Shown: positions 48,586 to 63,551, numbered from the stretch's first letter. The stretch is 64,000 nucleotides of DNA from the human T2T-CHM13v2.0 reference genome, Homo sapiens (GCF_009914755.1 NC_060934.1); one strand, 5' to 3'. Made by a program: numbers and translations. Notes: generated by a model not told the origin, from the sequence alone.

Positions 48586-49735
48586 TGAAACTGGGAAAAT
48601 GTGGATCTGAATGAGATCCATAGCTTGTATCAATGTCAGTATCCTTATTGTGTTATTGCATAACAGTATCGCAAGATGTTATCATTGGGGAAACTAAATA
48701 AAGGGTATGCTGGATCTCTCTATACTATTTATTAAAACTGCATGTAAATCTATACCAACTCAAAATAAAAATTTAATTATAAAATATTCTGAAAAGGAAG
48801 AGAAATTAGATGGTATCAAACTTAGCAAATATTGGAATATACTATAAAATAATAATAACAGCATGGTATGGTATTGGTGCAATAAAGAGAAATGAGCACC
48901 AACAAAAAGGAATACATCAACATAATTTATCATATTAACAGGAAAGAGCAAGAATAAAAATTATATAATTATCTTGATAGATGCAAAATAGCCTTTAAAT
49001 AAATGTAACACTCATTCTTGATAACACTATTAGTAGACTAGGAATTCAAGGGAATTGTCTTAATCTGAAAAAAGAACATCAACCAAAATTATGTAGTAAA
49101 CATATTAAAGAATAAATTATTATAAATTATCTTCTGATATCAAGAACAAAATAAAGATGTCCACTGTTATTACATCTATTTAACTTGAACTAAAGACCCT
49201 AACTAATGCAACAAGACAGGAGAAAGAAATAAAAAAAAAACAATTAGAAATGCAAATATAGAAGTTTTATTAGTCATAGATGACATGATTGTGTATACAG
49301 AAAATCTAAAATAATCTAAACTAGCAAATACAGTTAGTTCACTAGAAATAAGTTTGATATGCAAACCCAATTCTATTTCTATATACACACAGTAACAAGT
49401 AGAAAAATCAATTTGAAATTTACTACATATAATAATAAATCAATATCCAGGAATAAATCAAACAAAAGTTATTCAAATCTCTACAGTGAAAGCTACAAAA
49501 CTTTACTGAGAGAAATTGAAGAAGCCATAAATAAATTGAGGGGTATACTATATTCATGAATTAGGTTACTCAATATTGGTAAGACATTAACACTTCCCAA
49601 ATTGATCAAGAGTCAAGGCAATCTCAGTCAAAATCCCAAATTTTTTTGTGGAAAATAAAAATCTAATTTTAAAATGTATAAGAAAATACAAAGAGTCAAG
49701 AATCACCAAGTCTGTCTTGAAAAATAAGTATGAAG

Positions 49736-49900
49736 CTTGCTCAGGTTTTCCTCCACCTCCTGACTGACCCTGTGGCCCTGTCTAGTGTGCTTCGCATGCC
49801 CCTCTGGGGAACTGTAACAACCTATCTTTTCAATGGCAGTCGTCCCCTGATTTGTTGGCCTCTCTATACCTGTATGATAATAAAACTTTCCTTGTAAAAC
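49736..49900 (+). mobile_element. ERVL-type LTR 3' fragment (MER74-like)
   Basis: gcatgcccctctggggaactgt...tttcaatggcagt...atacctg...aataaaac resembles the recalled MER74-family 3' end. Confidence 0.5.
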
Positions 49901-50367
49901 CCAATAATGAATTATCTAAAACTACATACAACAATAATGATGAATCTTACTAACATAATGTTGAGCAAAAGAAGTACGATACAAAAGAGTATGGAACATT
50001 TGATATCACTGATATCAAGTTAAAAACAGGAAAAACCTAATTAAGGGCATTAGATATCAAAACTGGTTCCATTTGGTGGGTGTGGTGATGAAAGGGGTGC
50101 ACAGGGGAGAGCTCTGAGGGTGCTGGTGATGTTCTTTGATGTGAGTGTTGTCTGTATGTACATGTTCACTTTTGAAAATTCACTGTGATTCACGTAAGAT
50201 TTAGAAATTTTTCTGTATAAGGGTTACACTTCAGTTTATATTAGTAAAACCACTAAGAATTCAGTCACAACTATATTCAGAATAAAACAAGGCATTCCAA
50301 AACAAGAAAGAATAAAAATAAAATCTACCACCTCATATAAAAAGTTTTTTAAAATAGCAATAAAATT

Positions 50368-50665
50368 GGCCAGGTGCAGTAGCTCACACCTATAATCCCA
50401 GTACTTTGGGAGACTGAGGGGGCAGATCACTTGAGGCTAGGAGTTTGAAATCAGCGTCACCAGGATGGTGAAACTCCATCTCTACTAAAATCAGCCAGGC
50501 ATAGTGGCATGTGCCTATAGTCCCAGCTACTCGTGGGCCTGCGGCACAAGAATCACTTGAACACAGGAGGCAGAGGTTGCAGTGAGCCATGATTGTGCCA
50601 CTGCACTCCAGCCTGGGCAACAGAGTGAGACTGTGTCTCGAAAAGTAATAAATAAATAAGAATAA
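50368..50665 (+). mobile_element. Diverged Alu (S/J) with shortened middle linker
   Basis: ggccaggtgcagtagctcac...gtgagactgtgtctc plus A-rich tail. Confidence 0.9.
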
Positions 50666-51254
50666 AACAATTATTATGCAGCAGGCAGACAGAAAAAAAA
50701 TACAAAACATGATTAAACAAATTAGACCTAGTTCTTTGAAAAAAAATCAATAGAAAAAACTGCTGTCAAGTCTAATCAAAAAATAAAGCAAGACAACACA
50801 AATATGTAATAATAGGAATGAAGAGGGAGATATGTCAACAGCTCAGTATTTTTTAAATTGTTTACAAGTACTATATAGAGCTGTAAGTAATGAATTTGAA
50901 AATTCCAGTGAACTGCAAGATTTTCAGTGAAGCAGATTGCTAAAAATGATTAAATGAAATGTAGAAACCAGGAAATAAAGTTTCCAAGATACAAAAGTAA
51001 TATCTCCAAAACCAGCAGCTAGCCCAGAAAATTGTACAGTCAAATTCTTTCCAGCGTTCAAGAGCTCTGCCTATGCAAGTACAAAAGAATGAGCAATTTC
51101 TTTCCCATGTTATGAAAAGAGCACAAGCCTAACACAAGCTGAACACAAGCATCTGAGAGAGAAATTCTGCCAATGTTACCTACGCATCTAGCAGGAAACC
51201 CTCACCTGCTATAACAAAAAAACAAAATGATATAAAATAACACAGTAAGCCAGG

Positions 51255-51585
51255 ACCAATTTCTAGGAAAGGGCTCTTCACTTACAGAATGGAGACACAC
51301 AGAAAAGATACTCTTCTTCTACTTACTGCTATCTTTCTGGGTATGACAGTTTGAACTGCCATAGTCATTCTGAAATTATGAGAAAAATTAAGACTATGCC
51401 CTGAGAATAGCCAAGTTGAGATATGAAAAAGACCTGGGCCTTTGGGCTCAGCAGGAGTGTCTGAATTGGCCAACCCTGAAGCCTTCCTAGTTGCAGTCCT
51501 CTTTAATGTGAAATAGTAAGTCTTCCTTATTGTTTAATCCACTTAAGGTGGACATTCTGTTATCTGAAGCCACCACATTCTGAAA
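51255..51585 (+). mobile_element. MLT1 (J/K-like) MaLR LTR fragment
   Basis: aaaagacctgggcctttgg...ccttattgtttaatccactt...ttctgttatctgaagcc. Confidence 0.65.
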
Positions 51586-54500
51586 ATGTACAAATGTGAA
51601 TTAAATTAAAGCTCAGAGAAAAAAGAAAAATGATTAATAATTTCTAAAAATCAATGAGGAGATATGCAAATTTATATAGCTTATAATAAAATGTGATATT
51701 CAAGTCAATAGGGAAATGAAGGTCTGCTGTATAAATGGTAGTAGAAAGCATTTAGTGGAAAAATGTAAAAGCTAGGCCATCATGTCACAATTTATCCCAA
51801 ATCCATCCCAGTTAGATGGTAGATTTTGTTGAAAAAAAAAAATCAAGCCACAAAAATAACTGGAAGAAAGTATGAGTAAACAGTATCTACTTTGTGAATT
51901 GGGTATAAGTTCCTAAAAAACACAAATATAAGAAAATGCAAATGAATAATCTAATTATTTGACCACATATATTTTTTAATGTCTGTATGTGAAAATATTT
52001 TTAAATTCAAAGGCAAACTATTTATTGGAACAAAATATTGAACACAAATAACTATCAATTCCTTTCTGAAAGAGAGGTTATATAAGTTTACAATGTGCAA
52101 AGAACCTGAGGTATAATTTACAAAAATGTGAAATACAAATGACCAATAATTATACTTTAAAATGTACAATCTCACAAGAAATGCAAATTTAGTATATCAC
52201 TTTTTCATCTTGCTGCCAAACTAGCAAAAATGTTTAATATATATCAACCATATTTTTTAGCATGTGATATAACATAGACTTTATATACTACTCATGGATG
52301 TGAAAGTTATTAGGCCTTTCTATAATCAATTTGAAAATATGTATCATGTACATCAGGAGCCTAAAAGAATTATTATTCTTGTTCTGGTAATTCTACTTCT
52401 TAAAAAATATAGTATGGAAATAAATATAGATATAATTAAAATTGTATGTATTTTAGATGTTTATGACAGCACTATTCTATAATAATGTGGTGAAAATACC
52501 TAAATATTCATCAGATAGGAAGATGAAATAAATGATGGCTGCCTGTAAGTTGAGTAATGTATTTCCACTGAAAAAATCATAGTTGTAAAGCATAGTTAAA
52601 GAAATGAGGAGATATTCCCAATATAACATTTAGTAGGAAGGTCAGGATATAAAATGTATTACAATAAAGAGCAATTTGATAAATATACATATCATGATCT
52701 CTATGTATGAAGGGAGAAGAAACAACAAGAAAATACAACAGAAACATTAACAGTATTTAATTCTTGGTTTAAAGATTGTAGCTGACTTTTACGTTCTTCT
52801 TTTCATTTATCTGTGTTTCCTGAACATTCTACCCTTAATGGGTATGTATTGATAAAAACACTACCTAAAATGAAATACTTGATTGCATCTTTTCCTTATT
52901 CCTTTACTGGGATGAAGCAGCAGTGTTTGTTTCAGTTCTCGGCTCTGTCAAAAATAGTTCTGCACAAGGGTTCAGAACGGTTGACATTTTACTTTGAAAA
53001 TACACTGGAAGAATGTTAATCCATGAAGAGACTCAAGTTTATTTCTCTTCTGCGACTCACTGTGCACAGCTGGAAGTCTCTATGGGAGCAGCTTAATAGA
53101 GACACTGCACAGTCCTCAGACTAGATCCTCCCAGCCCCACCTCCACCCATATCCCCCTCCTCACTGCTGTGCCCACTTCCCAGGCTCCTAGCACCAACTG
53201 CTGGAGCCACCAGGTAAAGGTAGCTTCTACTTCATTACGAGTTAGCCTTTTCAACCTGGCTTCACCTCTTACAACTTCTGAACCCGAGAATTTGGGGCAA
53301 TTTGTAACACTGCATAGCAGATCTGCACGAGGATGTTAATGATGCACTTTCAAGCTCAGGGAGGACTGGGGTCCTATGGCGTGGCAATCCCTGCACAAAG
53401 AGCAGTTATTACTCAGTGAATTATCAGCAGACACAAGGCTCTCCCAGGGATGCAACATCAAGGGGGGCATTTGATTCCCATCCAAAGCCAGCTTTTATGA
53501 AGAATCAAAATTGACAGAGAAGTTAGAAGAAGCGTCTTAAACTAGTAAAGGAGAATGAGGCCCTTCCATTTCCCTGGGAAATCGCTGGAACAGGGAGGCT
53601 GAGCCAAGGGCAGTGGTGGAAATTTCAATTCAGCAGGCTCCCAGCCAACAGGAAGGGACTGTGATGCCCTAATGCTGGCTGGGGAAGGTTGGAGCAGAAA
53701 GTGAGCTGAAGAGGAGACAGGGAGTCACAGAACTGCATCGCCTCAAGTTCAGAAATGATGTTCTGGGTCCTCTGCCAAGCCCCCTCACTCCCAGGAAATC
53801 TGCCTTCCAAGCCCAGCACAGCATCATGCTTGCTGGTGCTATGCATCTCCCCAGTCTCTGGGCCTCTGTTTCCTAAACTTAGCTGTGCAGACCCCAATTC
53901 CCCACCTATTGCAACCAGCACATGTGCTTCTATGACTGTTTAATACATTTGGGTCCCAGCAAGATCCTGCTTGACCAGACTTTGTAGGGCCAGAGTAAAG
54001 CTTGACCCCCTGGACAAAATACTCCTTCAGCCTCTCTTGGTCCTAACTTGATTCTAGAAAGGAGAAGAAAACAGCTGTGTTGTCTCACACCACATCAGGG
54101 TCTCCCTCATCCAGGATGCAAGGCATAAAACAAAGCCACAGGCTGCCCAGATGCTCCTGTCTACCTCCCCCACCCTCCTGCCCAAGGACAGCTGCTGCCC
54201 TCCACTGAGCCACTGAATCGGGTGGATGCCACCCACGGAAAATGAGGTTCAAAGGGCCTGCGAGCAGTTGGCAATTCTCCCAGGGTTTTCCTGCACAAGG
54301 GACCCGGAGATAGTGGAAGAGAATGAGTTGCCTACACCAGTGCCATTAGGATGGAGAAAGGCGAACAGCTTCAGCAATCAGGTCATGGAGAAATGTTTCC
54401 TCTGGGCTATAACTAGTGCTCCTATCCAGGCAAGTCATGCTTGTGGAGGAAAAAAAAGACAACCATGTTTTTCTTCTTGCAATGATTACACCAACACCAA

Positions 54501-54849
54501 AACAGCCCTGAAAATAAAATCTTATCAGAGGTGAAGTTCCACAGATCCCTCTCAGCCCTTGGTCTTTATATGGAGTGGACATCTGCTGCCAGGCATAGAA
54601 GGGGAGTTTGGCACTGCCCTGGCACACAGGGCTGAGTGATCCCAGCTGCACCAGCTCAAGGCTGCAAGAGGGAGCCTCCCATCTCTGGCCTTGGCTTTGG
54701 AGCTATAGTCTAGGGCACTGTCAGGCTGGAGGCTGTGTTTTAGGCCTTCCTGTGCCTCTCTGCTCTTGTGGAGTCTGAGATAGATACGCTCAGAGAAAAC
54801 ACACAGTCCCATTTGCCCAAAGCTGATGCCCTGTGCCATATGAGCATGC

Positions 54850-55030
54850 TCTCACTGCCAAGTGCTGCACAGTGTCATTACACTGACTGACCCCTCCATC
54901 CAACAATTAGGCTCATATTACCTGTAACTTTCCTCTGAAGAAACAAAGGTTCAGAAAAGGGAAGTTGTGCAAAAACTCAGGAGAGGCAGAGCCAGGAGCA
55001 AAGCAAAGGCCCAGGTCAATGAGACAACAT
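54850..55030 (-). mobile_element. MIR fragment
   Basis: ctgaagaaacaaaggttcagaaaagggaagttgtgc...ggcagagccagga. Confidence 0.55.
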
Positions 55031-58000
55031 ACGTACAATGCACTTTTGGATACTGTGGATGCTTAACAGTTCCTGCCCGCTCCCTACACCCAGCAGCTTC
55101 CCACACACACCACCTTTGGAAACTTAACTACAGGTGGCCCTGACAGATCTGTCAGAGCTCAATCATGAGCTAAGGACATTTACATGGACACGTTCATGGA
55201 ATCCTCTTTTGGAGATTCCTGTCTGAACAAAGAGAAACAAAGCCAAGTAGAAATTTGTGGAGGTCCTGTTACAGTTCTGAGCCCTGAAAAAAACATGACA
55301 CCAACAGGATAAAAGAAGCATATACCACCCCCCACCCCCAAGACAAATGTCAGGCCAATGCCTGTGAGAGCTGGAAGAGTTTCCAGCAAACCTTTCCCCT
55401 GGTGGCAGACCCATGCCAGACAGCTCCAAGTACAAAACAGACAATTAATATTTTGCTTGTAGTTACACAGCAAGCTGATGATATAGACCTTTGATTTTTC
55501 CATACAAAGCTCACTCACTAAAAACGCACTTCCTGGATGAGATAATTGAATTAGTATTTGTCCAGCACCCTGCAGTTGAAAGGCGATCACCCACTCCTTC
55601 CCTCCAATGAAGGGGCTGAGTAATCTACAGTCTCTTGATGCCACTTAATCTAAAATGTCTGGGTGACTCACCATCCCTGAGATTTCCCTCCAGGGTATTT
55701 AAGAAAATATCTTGCTACTTAATTTAAATGATTCCTCTTGGTTTAAGTCTGAAAGAAACTGTTTTGTCTGTGTCTGGTTTTGTTCATATATGACATATAT
55801 AATCTTTGCAGGGAATGCTGCCCCTGCCCAGCATCACAGGATCTAGGAGTCTGCCCAGTCGGCTCCTCTAGCAGCTGTGTACCTTGCATGGCCAAGAGAG
55901 CTGCGACTCCTTGGACTCTGACCTTGGGCACTCCTTAGATGACTGATCTTGGCACTGTTTTGGTGTGGCTCAGGACCCTACCCTCAAATTTGCCACCCAT
56001 CCTCAATTTTTTTCTCCCTTATGTGAATGTCCTTTATTTTTAAGTTACCCCGATTTCCCAGCCCCACCCTTCACAGCCCCGTCTCCCACCCGAAACTACC
56101 ACTCAGCTCTGCCTCCAAATGCTGCCCTACCCCCATGATACGGTCCTAATCCCTTCTCCTTGGTTCATCTGAAACTCCCTGGACTTGCTTTAATGCACCC
56201 TAGGCCTGAATCACAAACATTTGCTACAGTAAATCCCACTCCCTGCTTTCCAGATAACTTCCCCTTAGCAGCGATAAGCTGCTAGGCAGACAGATAACAA
56301 CCAGGATATGCAGTTATTAAGGGCAGATTTTAAAATGACAAAAAGATACATTTTAAAATAAAGCCGACTTGAAAATCAGCTTCCCTTCCAACTCAATTAC
56401 ATTCAGGCCTCCTGCTCAAAGCTTCTTATATTGAGAGATGCCAGCTCCCACTGGCTTCAGGGTTTTTGAGGCGCATTGCCTTGGCAACGTGGAAGGTCCA
56501 GACACCTGAAACAGGAAGTGGAGGACATAGTGCCTCCCCCTCTCTCAGGCACCTGAGGTGGCCAGCCTGGCGCCAGGCACAGGACTGGAGGGTCAGCTGC
56601 TTGAGACAAGGCAGGGACCTCCACAGCCAGCATTCCCACCAAAAGAAGTAGGTGGGAGACGGAAGGAGCTGGCAGGCAGGACCTAACTTCAAAATAAGAC
56701 TTGGGGATGAAGGCAAGTGCGCCAGGACCGTGGTCGATGTGAACAGTTATTTTGGCAGCCAGCTACACTTGGCAAGCTTTTTCACACCAGAGTGATTGAA
56801 AGAGCCCTCCTTACCTGGTGGGAGTCCCAATGCAAGCCCATATCTCTTGTGGTCATGACCCAGACCAATGCTGACCACTCATGCCCATCCCCTCACCAAG
56901 TCTCACAGCTTTGGGCATTCCTAACAGACATCATAGGCCAGCCCTGGCTTCCTGGACATTGCAGGTCACACCCTGGCCCTACATGGGAAGTCACAGAATA
57001 GTTGCTAGCCGACTCCCTCTAGGATGCCACCAACAAACCTCTGAGCTCCAAAATGCCATCAAGCCATGTATGTCAGATATTGTGTCACAACAAATTATTG
57101 AAACTTCAATTATTTATATGACCAATCCATGACTCTCTCCTCCATCAGAGTGGGCTAAAAATCCCCCGCACCATCCCCCACATCACACATGGACCCAGGC
57201 CATCCCAGTCTCTCCCTGGGGAGCTTGTCTTCTGCCCCATCTGTCACTGATGAGCTCTACACGGCTCCCTCCCTGTTCCCCAGCTCTCACACCCTCCACC
57301 AGTCCACACATGCATCTTTCTACCCTGGCCCTCAGGAGCAAAACCAAAGAATTCCCCCACCCAGATTCTCAGTACCCCAACATCATTTAGCCCTTGCCTC
57401 TCCCTCCACTGCTTCTAGCCAATGGTGACATCAGGCTAGAGGGCTCTTTGCTGAGGGCTTATCCAGCCCCTGCTGAGAGCTTATTACTTGCGAGGACTGT
57501 CCTTCATGCTCCAGGCACCATCATTAGTAGAGACATCTTCCTTCGAAGTGTGTGAAGTGTGTACGTGTGTGTGTGTGAGCATGTCTGTGAATACATGAGG
57601 CTGTGCCTGAGTACATGCCAATCAGTCAATGCTTTCATTATTTCCGGAGAAGACCAAGCCACTGTGGCCCATCTACACCATGAGTAGTCCCATCTCTGGC
57701 CTCTCCTGTACAGGCTATTTCTGGAAGTGCATCCAAGCCAGTAGAGTTGGGCTGGCCCAGGACAGCCAGCCACTGACCACACCAGGATACCCACCATCAG
57801 CTCCACATTGGCTCACAGTGACCACATCCAAGGTCCTTCACTTGGATAATTGTTCTAAGCCCTTACTTGCCATGTCGGCCTCTTTGTCCTAGCCCTGTTA
57901 GACTCTTTGTGTCATGAGTCCACTTAACTTTGGGGATCCCCACCCTGGATAAAAGGCCACTCTCCACTATCCACAGTCCTGAAAACTGTTCTCTATCACC

Positions 58001-58611
58001 CATAAGAGGTGGAAGAAGAGGAAAAGTATCACTGGGAAGACCCAGGCTGCCACCTGCACCAGCACCAGCACCAAATAAAAAAGCCAAACCTCAGTCTGAG
58101 TTGTTCAACTCCTCTGTCTCTCATTTATCTTTCCGCTGGCCTCTGGCATTTTCCAATTTCCACCCTCCTTGCAGCTCCATTTTCTGTTTGTGGCCTTGTC
58201 TCACTCCTGGATCTGGAGGACACTCAGGCTGTAACCTCTGCCTCCTGCCTCAACCACAATTCACACTTGTCCCTGTGGTCGGGCTGATTTCACTGCTCTG
58301 AGAAAACACATTGTCCTTTATAGCCTCCATGCAGCCCCCTGATCCAAGCAGTAGGACCCAGTTGTTACCAGGTACCCCTGCTCTACTCAAAGAGACTCCA
58401 TTAGAGGCAATTTCTGTTTGGAAACCTCTCTGCACCTACTCCCTAGCATGCCCTATAAACACCAGCCAATGGTAGCATCAGCAGAGAGAGACTAGGAGGG
58501 AGGATATCTGTGCTAGTTAACAGTTGCTGGGAGCTCAGGGACCCTGTAGCTGTTGCTGTCTTTGGTGGCACCATAGCAGGAAGATTGGAAGACAGGGAGC
58601 CTGAGGCTTAC

Positions 58612-58731
58612 CTTGCGCATGTCTTTGCCAAAAGTCTCACTATAGGTAGTGCCAAGGATTTCAAACTGGACATAGGGATTCGAACTGTCCTCCCGAAACT
58701 CCATCACCCCAGTGAGGCCAGTGATGTGGCC
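58612..58731 (-). CDS. GRID1: GRID1 internal coding exon, 120 nt, [40 protein letters not shown] (probably exon 8)
   Basis: Contains the iGluR ATD motif GLTG-x-MEF. Acceptor ttctgcAG|GGC (58733-58732); donor AAG|GTAAGC (58611-58610). Joins in frame to the upstream exon (...[12 protein letters not shown]...). Confidence 0.96.
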
Positions 58732-58959
58732 CTGCAGAAGAGGAGAAAAACCCATTGGAAAATCTGGTTAAGGTAGAGGATGGAGTCCCAAAGGCTAAGA
58801 GGAGCAAGGAAGTGGTCACCAAGAACGGAGCAATCAGTTTTGAGACCATGGACAGGCTGTAATGAGGACAAGATGGGCTAGTGGTCCTAGGCCCTCAGAG
58901 CAGGATCAGTACTTTCTAGGATATTTGCTTATGGGAGAAATCCCTAAGGCTTGCACCTG

Positions 58960-59070
58960 TCATTCATACCATCTATATGCTTAGAGTCCCTGCTATGTGC
59001 CAGGCACCATGCTAGCCATGAGATTAAACATTGGTAGCTTTTGTTCCTGCCCTCTTGAAGCTTAGTCCTC
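58960..59070 (-). mobile_element. L2 3'-end fragment
   Basis: ctgctatgtgccaggcaccatgctag...tcctgccctcttgaagcttagtc. Confidence 0.65.
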
Positions 59071-59760
59071 CCCTTGCAATCAGTTCCAGGGGCTCACCTT
59101 AGCCTAACCCAAGAGAAAATTCAAAGGTCAACAGGAGACATATCAGACACATGATGGTAAGTTGCAGGGCAGCAAACATGTGCATTGGAGGGCACAGCAA
59201 GATCCCTAGCTTGGATCCTGGCTTTGCCACCTGTGCCACCTTGGGCACATTGCCCATCTCCCAGCTTTGGCCTGAAGTTAATTAACTCCACATCATAGAA
59301 CCCACAAAGACTAAAGGAGAAAATATGTACAAAGCACAGCATCCAGCATAGACTGGCTGTGGTCTCCATGCCTCTCTCTACTGGCTCAGTGGGCTTCATA
59401 GGAGAAGGAGGCAGCAGGAGGCTGAGGGAGCCGTGGTGAGCCCCTTTCTCTCTCCAAGCCCAGGGTGAGATTCTCATCAAGATTTATCTCTCATAGTCCC
59501 TGTGACCCTACAGAGTCCCAGAAACACCTGGCCCAGAAGGGGCCCTGGCTCTGCCCTGGGCTGTAGTAGATTCTCACCTACACTAAAGCATGTTCCCTGC
59601 TACTGAAACCACATGCAATTCATTGTGACTAAATTCCTAACGCTATGGATTTCCCTAAATGCTCTTTTGAAGCCTCTAAAGGTGAATTCACTCTAACAAA
59701 TCATCCATAGATTACTCAATTCACTTCAAATCCAGCTTTCTAATTCAGTATCCCTCCTCA

Positions 59761-60543
<783 letters not shown>

Positions 60544-60724
60544 TCAACAAGGAGAACCCTTATCTGTAGCTGATTGAGATGTGCACACAGGTAAGTTACC
60601 TACTCAGGTAAGGGAGGATGGAGGGAAGGATAAGCAGAAAGCTCAGCGTTGAAGGATTAGTAGGATAAAGGGAGGGCACAGCATTTGCAAGGGCATGAAG
60701 GTGTCAAGAGACAGGGCCAGGTAC

Positions 60725-60940
60725 AGCACAGTCCACCAGAGTTTTTTGTAAAGGACCAGCTCATAAAGATTTTGGGCTTAGTAGTCTCTTTTGCAACTGC
60801 TCAACCCTACTGTTATAACTTGAAAGCAGCCATAGACAATATATAAACATATGGGTGCTGCCATGTGCAATAAAACATTATTTTCCAAAAGAGGCAATAT
60901 ACTGGATTTGCTCTATTGGCCACCGCTGGCGGATCCTTGG
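60725..60940 (+). mobile_element. MER58A-like hAT DNA transposon MITE
   Basis: ttttttgtaaaggaccag...gcaactgctcaacc...aaagcagccatagacaata...caataaaac. Confidence 0.8.
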
Positions 60941-63394
60941 GTTAAAGGAACTGAAAGCAGTTCAAGACGACTGTGTCAATGGGTACAATACAGAGGGAGC
61001 AGGATCAAGAGAGAAGCAGGGATTGAGCCCTGCAAAGACTTAGGGACTTACTAAGGAGGACTAGCAACAGAGGTGACTGTAGGGAGAAGGACGCCTTTGT
61101 TGGGTCAGTGTACAGGAAGCTGGAGATCAGATCTGGGCCTCAGAAAGACCACTCTGGTCGCCGGACACGCCTAGGGTGAATGGTGGCCTGAGTGACGAGG
61201 TAACAGTGAGGACGGTGGTAACAAGAGATGAGGATTCTGGTGCCTGCTCTGCAGTGGAGTCACTGCCACCCAGGGAACACATTTGGGATTTGCAACTGTG
61301 CCCATCTGAGGACCACCCTTCTGCTTAGTTGTCTGATGTGAGCTCAGTGGTAGAGGAGACACATCCCTGTCTCAGTGCTCTGGAGGGCAAGGCCATGACT
61401 GAGAATCTAGGGTAGAAGTGTGAAGAACGACACTACAGCATTGGGGCCCAACCCATGTGTGGGGTCCAGGGTGGGCAGGCCAGGCTCAGCCTCCTGAGTG
61501 TGGCTATAGACCCCGATCTGGATGTGGAGGAGCTAGAAAATGGCACCCACCCTCCCAGGGGCCCAGCGGGAGCCCAATGGGGGAGAAGGACAGCTCTGTT
61601 CTCGGATGTCACCTTCACACCACCCCAGCCCTCCATGGGGACATTGGAGCACAAAGGAGAAGAGGAGGAGAAGGGAAGGCGGTGAGGGCGAGGTAGCGTC
61701 CACCCTCAGTCAGGTTTGTGGCCCCCCACTGATAACTGTTGCACAAACAACCCTCAGCCAAAGTGGGTCAAGGGGACCATTCTCTGAACGCCTAAGCAGC
61801 AAGTCGTCTGCTAAAAATATTTTAGAAAAACAAAATCACCAGATAAAAATAGGAGATCATGTCAGCCTCACAGGACTCCTGGGAAGATCAAATAGGCTCC
61901 TTGGGCTGCAAAAAGAACCCCTCCTCCCCCAGCCTCACCCCTACTCTCCTCAATATGTCCCTGTACCACAACACCTCTGTGCCTTGTTCTCTGCCTGCAA
62001 TTTACTTCCTCATGTTTCTTAGTCCAGGTGCTCCAAAAGCAGAACCTTAGATCAGAAGTTAGGTGGCGCGAACTCTCCAGCAACTGAAGCTGAAGTCTGA
62101 GATGAGCCAATAGGAGGTGCAAGGCATCACAAACATCTGCCCCGTCATGCCTGTCCAGCCCTCAAGGGCCATTCCCAGCATGTCACATCCAGGCAGAGCT
62201 GACTGCCTCCCCTGTAGGTATCCTTGTGCACAGACCATTGCTGAAGAGCTCTGTCCTGTCTGCCACTGTCCTGTCCCCCAGCTCTGACCATTGTGGGCTG
62301 TATGCCTAGGGCCTCTGCATTCTGTAGGTGTAACAGGTAGGTGGAGGATGGCCAGATGTTGCAGAGGTGTCAAGAGTGTGCTAAAGCAAGAGCCTTGAGC
62401 TGAGGGGGAGTAGAAGGTCAGTGCCTGGTCTGACCTTCTTCAGGGGCCTGCAGCACACAAGAGCTTACTTGACAGCAGAGGGAAAACTAAGTACCACCAC
62501 CCACTGGGAGCTCACCCCCTCACTGCACAGGGAACACCATGACAGAACTGTGCCCTCAGCCACTTGAGGCCTAGAGGAGCATTTCCTCAATGAGCAGGAC
62601 TAATTCACTCTTTGTTGCTGTCAACTCCCCAGCCCTCAGGAGCCCCCACCACTGCATGTGTTGATAAGTCTTCCTCCCCTCTGGAAAACAAACCCATGAT
62701 GGAGATGTTGTTATAAGGAATACAAGCCATTTAGAATTGGTTTGTTGTTTTTTTCTTTCTTTTCCCAAGAGAATAACTTGAAGCTGAGAATCCTTAACGA
62801 TGGGAAGATTTCTCTTCTCAAGACATTCATGGGTCTACCAGCCACCAACTGATAGCTGATGCTATTTAACCAGCCAGGTCTCTTTGACCCCTACTCCCAC
62901 CCATCCACACACTCACACATCAGGGCAGAGTCCACAGCACCAGCGCATCTGTGGCTCTGACCAGAACCCAGTGGAATCTCCCTTTCACTTCAGCACTTCT
63001 ATTCACAATCAATTAAGGTACTCAACAAATGTATGAATGCAGAGAGGTCTTGAACAAAGAGGAAAAAGCAGGACATGACTCAGAAAGGCCAAAGGAAGCC
63101 CTCAGTCTTCCCACAAGTATGTCTGCTTGGAAGGGTGAATACATCCCAGTTCATGGGAACAGGCTTGAGCAATGCTCTTTTCCAGGCATAGATAGGCAGG
63201 CCTTCCCAATGCCCACATATCACCCTAGATGTACCCCTCTTCCATTATATATGTTGCCAGCTCATGAATGTGTTTATCTCAGCAAACTTTGAGCTCTTTA
63301 AGTACTATCTCTAGAACTCAGCACCAATCAAAGCACATAGCTGGTGCTTAATGTATGTTTCATGGCCGAACACATGGTAGACACATGTATGCAC

Positions 63395-63520
63395 AAATGG
63401 AAGGATAGATGAGTGTGTAGATGTATAGGTAAATGGATGGATGGATGAAGTAATGGATGGAGGGATGGATGGATGGATGGATGGGTGGATGGAGTGATGA
63501 AGTGATGGATGGATGGATGG

Positions 63521-63551
<31 letters not shown>

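Larger units (their letters stand above)
36650..48780 (+). mobile_element. Near-full-length old L1 (L1MD-like) acting as host, split by a THE1 LTR and a full-length L1PA
   Basis: 5'UTR/ORF1 at 36650-38600; ORF2 resumes collinearly after each insert; L1MD-type 3'UTR with an embedded CA run, ending aactgcatgtaaatctatacc. Confidence 0.7.
48800..52860 (+). mobile_element. Mosaic of ancient L1ME-like fragments
   Basis: ORF2-like remnant 49359..49559 (NLYSESYKTLLREIEE); L1ME-type 3' ends near 50230 and 52850. Confidence 0.6.

Noticed and set aside
61433-62373. Several overlapping 60-160 aa ORFs upstream of the exons
   Set aside because: No iGluR or other recognisable similarity; expected by chance in GC-richer intron sequence.
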